From Balanoglossus misakiensis (taxonomy: Eukaryota > Animalia > Hemichordata), in the NCBI GenBank assembly GCA_040954595.2, contig CM082596.2, positions 4,732,181 to 4,796,180 of the forward strand: a stretch of DNA of 64,000 nucleotides. The letters are read 5' to 3'. Below, in pieces: positions 13,201 to 28,200 of this stretch. The number at the start of each line of letters is the position of its first letter. Position 1 is the stretch's first letter. The position numbers were made by a program, and so were the translations under genes. The notes beneath the pieces were generated by a model, which worked only from the letters and a program-made list of their open reading frames with translations, made no database searches and had not been told where the DNA came from.

Positions 13201-16200
13201 CAGTGTTTGTTGTGCCTAAAGACGTACAAAGATCCTCGGAGGGACGCTACTGGCGTGTTCTATGTGACCAGCTTAATAAAGACATGATTTGATGTGCCAA
13301 TTGCAAATTTTGGTAATTGTCGAGAGATTTCACTAAACCTTGACAAATGAAGGAAACACCTTGGGTGTTGTAAATAATCCCCTTTCCTTCTAACGTATCA
13401 CAATTTCATCAAGGAAATTGATCTCGCGGGAGATAAAGATATCACTGGTCTCCTGTCGGTCTCACGGCATCGTTTCTTTGCGATTCCTCAAAAGATACGC
13501 GTTGTGCCAGTTTTTTCAACTCTAAGAAAACAACCACGTGATGGGCAATACTACGAGACATGCAATCATTCACCCTTTCTCCGTTGCACACTTTGCATCA
13601 CCAAGTATGCGTTCTGTCATCTTTTCTCAGAAACAGAACGAATTCTGACGGCGCTCTGAGAATCTTTGACGCTCACTCAACTGCAGATTCTAACGAATTG
13701 ATGTGATTTCTTCAAATTTATGTACAATCAACACAACAATCTGTTGCCAATGGCTAATCACCGAAACATAGCAAACAACATAAGCATAAGTAATACGGTA
13801 CTCAAATTGTTTTACATGTACTTACAAGGATCACACCAATGGCAGGTCCCACAAAGGCCCATATGGTAAATCTCTCTGCAGACAACCAGCAACTAAAAAT
13901 AAAACCAAACTTAGTAAATGCATAGGTAAGCAGGTATGTATGCGTAAGTTTTGGCAAAATATCATTACAGACTACTGAAACAGGAATATGAAAATAGATT
14001 GCTACATATACGTCATGCGTGTTTGGAAGAATTTTCATCACGTATTATTAAAATACAAAACGCCAGATTGTGACAATATGCACAACTTAATACAAACAGA
14101 TGATTAAATTAATCTGGCGTGTTCGGAACTCCAATTCTGTTTTCCAGAGGAAATTATAAAAAAACACTGCAACATTCATTTCCTTGTCGGAAGTCTACAC
14201 AAACACGTCCAACGTCAGTTCAGCCGACGGGCAAAAATCTATTGCTATAATGAAAAGAATGAACGCCATGATCATGTACAAATGCCAGATTAAAGGCGTC
14301 AATGACGTCACTGCAGCTAAGCACCGCAAGGAGATGTTATATACTCAGTGATAAACCAATCTCTTTCATTTTATTTCTTTTCTACTATAGCGGTCCCCGA
14401 TAGGAAAAAGAGAGCATCCCAGAATGTCTGCCGAAAACAGCAGCATTCTTTGCAATCGATTCACTTACTGAGTAGCTGTGCCATATCCATGGTGATCGAT
14501 GCCCAGCGTCACACAAACTACCAATGCGGGAAGACCTGTCATGAGAAAAGACCACAGGTGATTTCATTTCTGTGAAAGCGCACCAAAGTCAATGCAGAAT
14601 TTGATAAAATCAAACTATTTTTGTGCGCATGCGTGATGCCAGGAAAATTAAATACGCACTTTTACAGTGAGAGATTTCAGTGAGAGATTTCATCCCCATC
14701 TTTAAACAGGGAATCATGATATTAAAAGACATGTCGGAACATCAAAACAACCATTATTAAAAACAGAGAACATTGCTCAGAAAGGTACGTGTGCGTGAAT
14801 GCGTCTTTGATTCAACGCATAAAAAGGCTTTTCTGAAACTTACCCCAACCCAGCAGACAGAAATGTAGAACCCGGATGTTGGAGTCAAAAACCTTCCGTA
14901 TTTTGATGAGCAGTTGGATTCCTTGCACTAGCATCCAGCAGAACACAGACAGGTAAAAGTAGTGTAAGAGTATGGCGATGACACTGCATAGCATCTGTAA
15001 TGAGAGACACACAGTCAGGAATTAAAGGCACAGTATATCTGTAACATTTGATAATATATTCAGGATTTTTGTCTGTCACCTACTGGTACAGTTTCTAGCT
15101 TGTTCTACTCCGTACATCATGTTGATTTGCCAAAGGGAAGTATTCAGCTTGTCACTACACCAATGTACGGTATGCAAGGTTATTGTTGACAACTGAATTT
15201 TAGTCCGGACTAAAATGCAACATATCAACAAGAACATGGTACTTTACAAGCACACATAATTAGTTGAGAAGCTCATGGTACACAGGTATAGGTTTTAGTG
15301 AGTAGAACAAAAATAGTAATTGATTTTGTGAAATAATCATCAAATGTTAATGTTGTTTGAAAGAATTCTGACGACTGTTTGAGTCGGAGTAATGGAAAGT
15401 GGCATCTCTGTTGATTCTTGAAATCGACCAATCTCCCCAGGATGTCTTTGTCAATCAATCAAGCACTGGCCCTGCAGTGCATCAAGCCATTTGCCTCAAA
15501 AGTTCCGAATTTAAAGGACGTTGTTTGAAATTCAAAGGGGATTTGCCTGTAAGTGTGTTGAGATTGGATGCAATTAATCAAGGGCTGTTCGTTCGCATTC
15601 ATCCAGATAAGAGCTTGTGTAACACATCGATTTGAGATAATTTCCTGGGAGCTTCTAATCCCCTTGTGTAGGATTAATCAGACAGCGTTGTATAGCTGAA
15701 GCTTAGACCGTGTTAGATCTTTCATACCAGACCACTTACGTCGTTTTGTGTAGCGCTGACCCCAGTGACAAAAAGAACTTCGGCCAACAGCAAAGCCACA
15801 ATCAAATTCTTCAATATCGTTATACGGGAAGATGACAATTCTCTGGATTAAAACAAAACGTCATGTAAATAACATAGCTGATCAAACACTCTACAGATAT
15901 AAAAAGCTGTCATTCAGGTAGATACAATGTCTACTTCGAACACCTGAAAGCTAGGTGACTACGTGAAGGGTATTGACCATGCATTCTCAGCTAAGCCATC
16001 TCACTTTATGTTCGGATTTTATTGTTGCAATTTTATGACCAGTGGCAGCACCCGGCAGTTGTACTTGATTCTTAAAAAGTATTGGTAGTTTATAGCTGTC
16101 TTTTATGATATTGTTTGGTATAGATGTTCAGCTACATGGGCTTTTTATGGTATTGGCCATCTATTCAGCTAGATCTTAAAGAGACACTGCACTTTATACA

Positions 16201-19200
16201 TTCTTCTGATTGGGCTAAATTTCCCACTTTGAGAAAAAGGTTGCTTTGTCTCAAACTGAGGAAACGCGGTGAAAATCGTGACTGGCCATTAACCCCCAAC
16301 CCTTTAAGATGTTGCACGTCATAAAGTTTAGATACTCGGCTTTATGAAAATGTACAGTTCCAGCACTGTGTATGATGGAAACACGGCTGTGTAAAACTTC
16401 ACGCAGGTACGTACATCATGCTGTTATTGACGCGAGACACGTTTCGTATTGACTATCTATTTGGCCACATGTTAACGCAAGTATTGTAGGGCAGATTGAC
16501 ATCGACTTACCTGAGGAACAAGAGAAGAACCAAAGCCAACAACAGGCATATCAATGAGATGCAACAACCAACGTACGTGATTATCTGCAAAGCCAGTCGA
16601 TCTGTGTCGGATAACTGAAAGACAGGAACATGAGTAAAGATGTGTTATTACAAACATGCAAAATATTCATGCATTGCGATATTTCCATTCATATACCAGC
16701 TGGCACTTTTGCGTTCGCACATTTGGTGCTTTAATTTAAGTGACTTCCCATTTCTCTAAATCATCAAGTACCGGTATATGGATTCTGTACATTCGTATAA
16801 CGTCCCCAGTAAAACACCTCTGTCAAAGGCATAGCGTCCCAACTGCGGTCATAAAGTCTCCCTTTAAAAGCCAACAGACTACCGCCAGTCAGAAGCGCTG
16901 TGTCACCATGCCAACAGAGGATAGTTGACGCAGTTTTATCGACTTCAGCAGCGGTGACCTACCTCCACGGGGGTGACACTCATCAAAACGGCGAAGTTTG
17001 TCAGGTGGTTGCAGTGGCACTCGGTGACCAAGCCAGTGAAGCTGACCAGTTCGCAACCCTCTGATGCCCACTGGTTGCTATGGAGAAATACACAATATGT
17101 GTGACATTCAAGTCAGTTCTCAAAATAACAACTAAAGGATAGTTACACACATGCAGGCTGTGTTAATTGACAAGCTAAACAGTGTGTTCAAACACACATC
17201 AGAAAAGTGAAAACGAAAACACTGGCTACACATTCAAAAGAAGATCTAAAAGTTGTGGACATACAAAGAGAGCTAGGCCATGATCATATATCAAAAGTTA
17301 TAATTACCACTGGCCCCATGCTTCTTTTTCATTCATCACCTGTGTTTGTGTGCTGCCATGGAGACGACCTAACCCCGTTTCTTATAATCTAACCTAAATG
17401 AAGTCGCATGGATCATCTCGCTGACTGTCTTCAATCCACCCTCTCTATGCTCACACTATTGTGAGCTGATTATCTTTTTTGCAGGTTGGATAGGCTCAGA
17501 AGCTTTGGACTTGCTCTATTCTGTTCCAACACTACACAAGTTTATCTTGCAATTATGACAGTTTCAAAGGAAACATATGCCAGTAAAATTGGGTTTATAT
17601 TCAACAAACGTGAAGGTGATCTATTAGTGGCAAACCATCGCCTGATGCTATAAAAAGATGTTATTATCCCGGTGGGGTATTTAAGATTAACATGTGTATA
17701 GCCTGATGTAAAAATCGTCATCTTGGCTCAGATACAGCAGTGGCTTACAACATATAGGTTTATCTGCTCGTCGGGGAGGATAATGCACTGAAGGTTTTTT
17801 GATAAATTCTATCTAACTCAGGTGGGAGTCTATTGAATGCGAATGAACAGCATACTTACTTGGCACCAAGGAAGACACACTCTGGCGCAGAAAATGAGCC
17901 CTAGTGAATAAGAGAATTATGGACATCAAAACTTGATTTCCTCTCAGAGGACAGATATTATCACGCGTGACGCGGATTTGGCATTGAAACTCCGCGGATA
18001 CTGAACACGGTTTGTGACAGAAAGCCGTAAATATTCTATAATCCGCCAGTGATTTGCTCCAAGTACTTTTCCATGCTTATTTTTGGCTTTGTGGAGTGAT
18101 CTCATTATGAGTGATGACGTCAGGAGCCCTTGCGCTCATGTCGTGCGTATATAGATCAAGAGCGCCTGGCGATCGGGCATGTGACGAATAAAGGGAAGTG
18201 CAAACACTGGCAAGTGGTTGAAATATTATACACGTGGAGGGACTTACATTGTTCATTTTCAGGTACATTCTGACATCATTCTTGAATGGACCATCTACAG
18301 ATTCCCCAATGTCAATGCTGATTATGGCGCTGTTCACTAATATCGTCGTTTCACTAGAAAAAATAAGAAATGGGTTGTATCAATTTGCACGTGCAAAACA
18401 TGTTCTGAACGTGTAGTACTGTAGTTACAACGTAGACATTGAATCCTTCGACATCGTCTGAAATTTGAAAATTAACAACCCTACTTACTTGCTCTCACTC
18501 TGTACACGATTGTTGACAAGTCTGGGCAATTCATACACCACTGTTGCAACCACTGTGTGACTGGAGGCCTCTGTGGATTTACAAGACGCAGAGAGAAAAT
18601 TGTTAATATAAAGACTATATGCAGTAGGGAGCGATATCTATTACAAGTCTATAGCAATGACGTTACCATTTTATGCAGCGTCAGTACCGCCAATTAGACA
18701 TTTGAAAACACAGGAAACAGTCCACCCTTTTCATGTTTCCAAACCAGTTAAGATGACTTACAATTTTGAACACCAGTGCACTTTAAAGCTGTTACCACTG
18801 TTAAATAAAGCGAGTATTTGCCTGTATGTGTAAGCACGTGACAGGCATGCCTAAAAGGATTCTCTCAGAGGTAACATACACACTTTTGCTTTTTCAACGC
18901 AAACTTCATTCACAGAAGCTACATCCAAGCGAGTTTGTTGAGCACTGGATGTTATTTTAGTATTAGAATACACCGTCACATTTCTACATACCTGGACGGA
19001 ATGCAGAAGCCGGCACAACCACTAAATCATCGCCTCTGTTTAGTTTGATGTAGATGTCGTCATCACCCAAGCCAACAAGCCCTTGCATTTCTGTGCATAA
19101 AAAACACACCACAAAATATTCATGAAAAAATTGCTGTTGCCTTTACATCAACACCGTCATTCAATGAAGTGCGATGATTTTCTTTCTGTCCACAATATGG

Positions 19201-22200
19201 GACTGTTTGGCAAGAATATTATTCTTTCATTTGTGGCATATGCTGCTGATATTAGAAATTATTGTTGAGGATTATACCGCGTAAGGTTCATCTGTTTGCA
19301 AATTTATTTTAGTTTTAATCGGGAAAGTACACATATCACACAGACATGGTTGAACGTTGGCAATCTTCTAAGTCTGCCAAGGTTGTTTAATGACAAAACA
19401 AAGATAAACCACATATGGACTCACTTACCCATGTTTTCCTCTAGTATGGTAAAATCTTGAAATTCTAAATCCGAGAGAAGGTTATCAGCAAAGTTGTCCA
19501 CAGTATGCATCAGCCGAAAACTCACGTCCGAGTTGTTCTGGAGATAAAACCACGAAAAAATGAAGCTAAATTTCTTTGATGCACACTAAAGGCTTTTAAA
19601 ACTTTAATAAAAGATACATTTTATCATAGCGAATAATCGACATCAGGGTGAATATATGTTCACTGCTTGATAATGGCTGCCTTTTGATAACCCCCGTAAA
19701 ACAACAACGGGCTTGTAAATTAAAGTTATAGCTTACAAGTCTTGAATACCTATCGGAAAGATATTGATGTCAAATGATACATACCGCGACCAGGACGTTC
19801 CAAGCATCAGACTTACTCGGGTGCACCAGCTCGTTGATGGTCTTCACAAAACTCTACAAGAGTGGAGAAGAGTTATCACCATCGCTCATGAACCAACACA
19901 CTGAATCTATTTAGTACAACTTGAAATTTGCATAGTCTACAATCAAAGCAATGATTAAAACTGATTGATTGGAAAAAATAATGGATACCAATTGTCTGAT
20001 GGTAACCATTTCCCACTTTCTGGTACTTACATGGGATGATTAAAAAATATCCAGATAAATATACTGAGCATCAAGGAAAGGTTTGGAATTCAGAAAACCC
20101 TTGTCTCTGATATTTTCAATAATTTTAAACTTGTTTACCTTCTGGAAAAAGATGGTGAGTATTTTCAATTTCTAATTTTTAAGATGAAACATTGGGGTGT
20201 TCATATAACTGAGAATGGACAGGTTCGAAATGTTCTAATTTTATGTGAATCAATAAGAGGAGTTGTACGGTACTTACAGTTCGGATAGCCTCCTTCTCCT
20301 CCAGTGTTGGCATGACGTCAGCATTCATGTATGAATGCAGTCCTGATATTTGATCCAGAATGTCCAGCGTCAGTGACAGTTCTTGTGACGTCATGTTCTG
20401 GTTGGCTGTTGTCAGCGACGCCAGTTCCTCTGTGTTCGTAGAGACGTCAGTAGGTGTAAGTGAGTCGCTTGCAAGCTGAAAAGGAACGTGCGGATTATAA
20501 GGTTGGAATGAAATAGGTGGCGTTTTCTGAAAGGAATTAGTGAAGGATAGTGCGTAAAAAAAGTGCAGAAACAACAGAGTTTGACAAGAAGAATCATTCA
20601 ATACAAGGGAAAATATCAAGGGAACTGCTCTTGCAATAATTACAAGTTCAAGGTATTATGTGCCTTTTCTGAAATCTGTCCCCAAGGGGTAATATACCTT
20701 AAAGGGGAAGCATGGAGAGAACTGCCCTTCCGACTATATATACACATCACACGTTTAATTAAACAACCCATTTGGCTCGCGACAAACAATCAATGTGTGT
20801 TTCTCTGTAACTTTGTAAAATCAAATACCGCAACTGTTTGTACACACTGTTGCAACCTTATGCAATTTCCAATCAACTTTACTTTGTTACCTCGATGTAA
20901 ATTTTCTCCAGTGACGTCATGTGCTCGTTCGCCACATCAATAATAGTTGATGACTGTGTTGACATCACAGTAGATATGGATGGCAAAGTTGTGACTGTAA
21001 ACAAAAAATACTGGCATTAAAGTATGCACATGATCACATCCTAAATCATCGCGTTCCGTTGATCAGAAGAAGTAAATCGGATTGCGGACAGATAAAAACA
21101 AGGGATTCATAATGCACTGGTATTTGATATAGTTTTTTCCAGATTGGGAAAATATTCAATATCACATGGAAATGTGTTTCTGGAGATCACAGCAACCGCT
21201 ATTTGTGATATCAAGATTTGAGAACAACCCTATTTTTTTAAATGTCACACTGGATATTATTTTTGTGTATATGTAACTAATATGCCAATTGTGCATGTTT
21301 CTCTTTCCCAACACGGCCGAAAATATTCTGATTTTTGGGTACAACCCAGAAATCAATTTTGTGAGGCCCTTTTGACGAGGCCCTTAGGGATATGTATGTG
21401 CCGATCGCGAGTATCACTTACCGATGACCGGCGGAATGCCATCTTGGTAGACAGCGAAGATGTCTAACTCGTCCAGCCCCACTTCCCAGATGGCCAGCTC
21501 GTCGTACTGAGCGACACAATTCTCCAACTCCTGGGTGTTTCCATTCAGATAGATGGTGTTGTCCACATTGCTGCCTATGACGTCATCAACTCCAGACGTT
21601 ACAGCGCCGACTTCTTGACCATTTACAAAGACAGTCAACGCTGTTGTTATGCAAGAGAATAGACATTTAGCAAAATATGAGAAAAAGTTAAAGACTGATT
21701 TTGAAGCGCTTTCTACCCTAATAATGAAGTTCAAAGATGGATGGTACAAAGTATGTTCATGTACCATCAAAAACCTTTACATTGGGGAAGCTTGTCTGCT
21801 AAATGTAAAATTGAGGTTTCACGCTCGCCTTCTCAAGTTGGTGATAACACCTTACCTCCTGATGCCGTTGCATTCCAAACGAAGCCTATGTGATTCCAGT
21901 AATCCGTTGACTGGACCGTTGATATGTCTGCGTCATAACTCCAATACTGCGCTCCGTTGTGGACGTAGAACTTCAAAAGGCCGCTCGCAGATCCCAGGTA
22001 TTTGATCTGAGCGAGATAAATACACCCTTTTCATAAGTTGAGCGCTGTCATGCAGCCATCAGGACTTTGAACTCAAAGCGAGGCCAATTGGGAAAGTTGA
22101 CCGATCTACTGTGTAAATATAGGTTAACATGTTTACCTGTTACACCTGGAACTATTATATAGACAGATACTTTATCAAAGAGTCCTAAAAAAATTAAGAG

Positions 22201-25200
22201 ATACTTTCACACAATAATGTATATGTGCATATAAGCTTACAAAATGACTCGTCGTTAAAAAGATACCGTCACAAGAGCCAAATTCTTTTACAAGTAGTCT
22301 AACCAGAAAATGGTCTTCACAGTAGAATTATGATGAACGGCTACAGTACATTCTCAGAGAACCAGTACTGAATTTGACCGATTTCTTCAACTCACATGAA
22401 TTCCACGACTTCCGCCCGTGTCGGCTCCCGTTGTCATGACAGTGCAGGGGTCGGCCTGGGTACTGTTGATATGGATCCACATTGCCACCGACAAACCGGT
22501 GGTGCACACTTCGGGAGCGCCCAGACAGCTGCCCGACACGTCACCCAGGAGGACCACAGCCATGCCATCGATACTGATCGAGTTGTTGACAACACCTATA
22601 AGTCAACCAGTTACAAGAAGTTAGAAAATAAACACACAAGAAACAGTATAAAATTGAATATGGAAATACATTTGGACCACAATATCAAGAAATGACGTCA
22701 AATGTTCCGATGAGTGAAAATGCGCCACATGCAGTCACTTTCTGAACACGCCAAATGTGGTATTTGATACGCATGTTAAACTGATTTTTTTCTGATGTCA
22801 CAATTCGTACCTTCGGCCAGTGAAACATACTGTGTCTGAGTTGTAACCAAACCATTGAAGACGTTTTGACTGTCTGGAGTTGTCAGAATGCCCGGTATAG
22901 TTGGATGGTCGTAAAGCTCATTGAAGGTCCAGAAACCCAACGCCGAGCTGAAAACTGAAAGGAAACAAGACATATATTTAAAGTCGGTAGCTTATAATGG
23001 CCATCATTTCAAAGTAACTTGCGGCCATTTTGAATGTCAAATTTGAGACAATTTCGCTCGTTCAAAATTTGCACGGTTGCCCCTCAATTTGTATTCTCGA
23101 ATAGAGAGAATAATCTAAAGTGGCCTTGAGCAAAATGCTGAAAAAGTATGAGACTTTGATTTTTGAGGCGCAACTACCTTAAACCGATGGTATCATAACA
23201 ATTCCCTAATGACATTCTGCAGGTGCAAGCTTACAAAAAGAACATGTTGTCCCCTGGTGTGCCCAGGGCTGTAATGACTGAGCTGAACAAAACAGCGTTT
23301 CTGCGAAATGTTCGACCAGTATTGATAACGCTCCTGTCATAAACGGCAAATAAAGATTGACATTTGGAAATGCGAATCTGTCAAATTATCGGGAAAAGGG
23401 GTCAGCTCATCTTTTGTCAAACATTTCCAGGTCTCTGCTCATTCCGAATGGATAGACTTACCACGGAAAGACATTGAAAGGAAACATGTTTAATGTTATT
23501 TTACACGACTATAGATGGTTGCCCTGCTATTACTTAACAAATTGTTCTGCATTTTGTATTGACTGAATTTTTTTTATCAACTGTTCATTTCACGACCAAA
23601 CCTTTATGGATCCCGATATTTGTCTCTGAATTGCATCGGATCAATAAATTGCTGATAAAATTTCAGAGGAACAAAATGGCGAGGTGATGAATACAATCAT
23701 GAATGGATAGTTTTAGGGTGTAGACACTACGTCCCTGGCTAAGCGGACGATAACTCCGCTACAGAAATGTGTGAACTGAACTACTTCCAACTTTATTAAC
23801 CAGCAGGAGATTGGGGGCTCTAGTGTTGATCACGCATTGTTCACACTTCGCGCGGCAGTGACATTATTATAAAACGACACGAACTCGAAAAGATTTACGT
23901 TTGCAATTACGGCAATAATAACAAAATACCATGTTACCATGACTACAGTCATTTCCAAAATCAATTTTTCTTCTGTAATATGCAAGGTCACGTATTATGA
24001 ATGTAATAGAAAGAAAAGGCGCGAAATCTCATTTGGGATTAAAACAATCTGTAGCGACTATATCTTCAGGAATGCTATGATGACATCACAACGAAATCGT
24101 ATTCACCGTATTCAAGTGTATAATTCGTGGAAACTTGATAGATTTCAGCTTGCGTTCAATCAACTGCACAATGGTCACCGGCTCAGAAAAAAAAGGTTGT
24201 TGGCAGGTATTTTTCTTGATATACAAGAGAGTTTTGTGAATAGAGGCAATAAGCTTGAGCTTGCGAGACTATAGAGGGGGACCGGTGGTCTTCAAAATAA
24301 ACGCTAAAATGTTCTCGATGAATGATGCCCAATCAGGAACAAGTAACAAAGTAAGAATCACTAAGTTATAGTCTGTGCGTTATGTGTCTGACAGAGAGAC
24401 ACGAATTTCAGCCAAAGTGACAACATCTGTTACATCTATTTTTATTTGCAACGTTCACTTGGCACTTTACTCGTAATGTTTTCATCGCGCATATCTCCCG
24501 GGAATGACACAAATCAAAGTGTAATTAGATTTTGCTTTTCCAGGTTTAAAAGGTGAAAGGTCTCTGATTGAAGTCATCTCTCAAAGCATCGGAATAACTA
24601 TCTCGCCTTGTTTTCAAATATGTAATACAGGGATGCCTGAAAATTGTTTTTAAATTGACTGGAAAATTCTATTTGTGAGAAGATGGGTTGCTGTTCTGGA
24701 AGCTCTCAATGTCTGTCTTTCTTTCTCTTGCTCTTTGAATTTATTTATTTATTTATATTTATTATATATAAGGACTCAAGTTTATCGCATATTGATTCGC
24801 TGAGCAAAATTGGAAGCAAAATATTTTTGTTTCACTGATGTGTTACAAACAGGAACTCCGTGGGAGGAAGGTCATGCAGTGTTTTCGCTCCTAGTCATAG
24901 ATTGTATTTGCTTTATTTCAGTTTGCGTAACGTAAAATCACAGGAGAATTATCTGGACTATAAAATGATCGTTTCAGACGGACATGAACTGAATAAACAC
25001 AATTTGCAGTTTGGGTTCTACTTGCAAATGTCTCACACTGCTTTGGGCAAAAACGTGAACAGGAATTGTGGCTTAATGAGATATCTTATCTTAACCATTT
25101 AGTAGAGGCAATAAAATGCAGTTCTTGGCAAACGACGTGTGACTCTTAATATGTTTTTTTGCTAGATGGAGCTGGCGACACAGAGAAACTTACGATGTAA

Positions 25201-28200
25201 AATTTTCTCTATGCGTACTTGTCTTTTGTGCCAGTTGAGTTCAGAGAACATTTTGTGAGTCTGTATGCCTGTTTAAATGCCCTGACTTTTTGCTGAAACA
25301 CCAACGTAAATTTCAGGAAGCCCCAGAGCGCGAAATCGACTAATAGCTTTCACGTTTGGTTTCGATTGTAAAGTGGGTGCCAAATTATCCTTGAAATTTG
25401 AAATGCCAGAGATTAATAGAGTATTCATTTTGGTCGTTGGAAGCGTAGAAAGCCGAGATTGGATGCGCACAAGTTGAATGTCATCATTAATGAGAACGAG
25501 TCCACAGAGCATCTGCACTTTTCCAGTTTGTCAGTTAACGTCCCAGTAGATATAACCACGCCAATTTCCTCTGAACACAATTTGTGGAAGCAACGGCCTA
25601 TCTGCTCTTAATGAGAGATGTACGTTGGCAAGGAGGTCTCGACCTACATATGTTTCCTCGTGCGTCACTGATGCCATCGCTGCGAAATGATCTGAAGATT
25701 TAGCTAGATTTTGTGGGATGTGATAAAAGACAAAACGACGCATTCGTACGAAAGCTTGCCATGTCTTCAGGCCATCTTTTTGGATGACTATGCGCATTTA
25801 CAGTCAGCAAATTACGGTACATATACAAATGAACACTTGCGGCCACCCAGTTCATTGGTCGTTCGATCTGATCATCAATGTGAAAAATAAGGCGATTATT
25901 GTATTTTGTGAATTCAGTAGTTTACACTTTTTTTAATACGTGTATTACTATTAATGATCACGGGTAAGGAATACGTGTATTAATAATATCCGGTAAAGAA
26001 CACGTAGTGTATTTGTATAACGGTTTAATCAACATACATGTACAAGACATCTCACAAAGATATCAGTAGGCCTATAGCCTTACTGAAAGCAAGCGCCTTT
26101 TCTGTTTTGCCAGATTGATCGATGATGATCGAGAACTTAGAGTTCAACCCCTCACAATGTCTTGTTAAAACTAAATTGAGCGAAATCGGCCATGAAAACG
26201 CAATGACCTACACAATCACGTCAAATAAAGACTAATATGACTGTGAACATCTGCTCCCAACTCATGATATTCGGGTCACTTGCGCCTATAATACACAAGG
26301 GCTCAAATCATATACGATTTTTGAATTTTTCCTAAGCAGACACCATGGCATTCACATCAATAATAAAACACTGCATTAGCTCGACTGCTCTTTCTGTAGT
26401 AGGGAGATTTATAACAGGCCAAGTATCGACAAATGTCACCATCAAGGTCTTGGATAGTTTACGATAGCTATTGGTTTTCCAGTTAAAACTCACAGGGAAC
26501 TGGCAACCTATCTTACTTAACAGTACTGTCGATAGTTGTAAATTCAAAGAGATGTTTGGACGGGCAATAACCGTACCATTACAAGGGGGAAATGTTTCAG
26601 GGAACATTCCATGGTTCTCATTCCATGGTTTCTATGGTAACATTTGCAGAGCATTATTATTTTCAAGACACTGACACATGGGATGGTCACGGAAACGGAC
26701 GATAGTCGTCGATAATTCGATATCAGCTTGAGCAAGTGTCAATTCGCTCAAGTATTTTTTCCTGCGAAGGTACAAACAAATCCGATCTCAATTCGACAAC
26801 TGATCACGCTCGGCAAACTGGCTGTCTATGTCGATCGATTGTCTATAGATTTTGCCTGGGTAGGAGGACTATTACAACCGCAGGTAGTTAAAACACCACC
26901 TCCCTAATATGAAATCCCTGTTCGCTTTCCCCAAACGCTAAAATACCCAATAATTGTTTGTTTTCATTAGTCTAATGGATGTCAACAAGGGTTACCAGTG
27001 GAACGTTTAATGCATATACGCCATACTTTGACTGACAACAATCGACCATATACACAGATCTTAAGTCTGCGACGGAAAAATCTATCCTCCGATTATCTGT
27101 TCAGGTGTGGAGAATAATTACTAAAATGGGAATTTATCTTCCTTTACAGACTCAGCAATCTCGACGATGGCATTTTATCAACGGTTCTTGTGGAGCGTGA
27201 TATTACATGAAGGGTGTCGGTCGATTTGTCGTTGGACGGGTTTGATGTTTTTAACAAATTTGTGTGTGTTATCATTGTCAGACCAGACAGAAAAGCCTGT
27301 TGAACACACAGCAGTATGCAAGCTCTATCTTGCCACTCAAATATTTCTACAGTGTGAAGTTTCAAACTTGGCAATTATGTTGATGAAATACTTTGTAAAA
27401 AGCACTGCCTCAAACGTGTTTTCAAATTTTCTATGATGTTTTCAACACAGACATATGGCAGATAACGGAAATGCAATATGGAAAGGAAAACAAACAAATT
27501 TGTGACGATGTGTGGTAGCATTTAAATGGTTAGTTTGACGGAAACTGAACATTAATTTGTAGATCTTAATACACAAAAATACACAAAGTAGGGACCACAT
27601 TTCAGTTTAACGTAAATTAAATGAGATCATTTCCTAACTTGTCATGGTAATTTTGTATTCATACAAACGCCATACTGCGCAGTATTTGACGTTTCAGGTA
27701 ACATAAATACAAACCATAAGTTTCCAAGAAAATCAATGGAATAAGAATGGACTGGAAATAGCCGTATCGTTTGAAGCTATCTCGTTGGATCTGATTGGTT
27801 GATATGAACTATATGATTTAGTACAATGAATGCAATTGGTTGATGCATACAGGTAAATTTCAGCACGATGAATCTGATTGGTTGAAATGCACTCACATGT
27901 CATTGATGTTTTATGACCTCTTGGCAGAGAGATTTTGGGAGTGCAAGTAACAATGTTTCATCTGTTATCTTCATGCTCAGGATGTAGATATCAATTTTAT
28001 AATAAAACGTTACCAGCTGAGTGGAGATGAGCAGTCCTATGTTTAACGTGCGCAAATCCTTACTTATCCACTGATGAGTGAAATACTACGACATCGTTAA
28101 AGATCAGCATGACCACTCCACACAGATCTGCGTTTAATGTGTTTTATATGCAAAAACGGTTAAGTACACGATAGCGAACCATCTGGTTGCTGTGTGTCGT

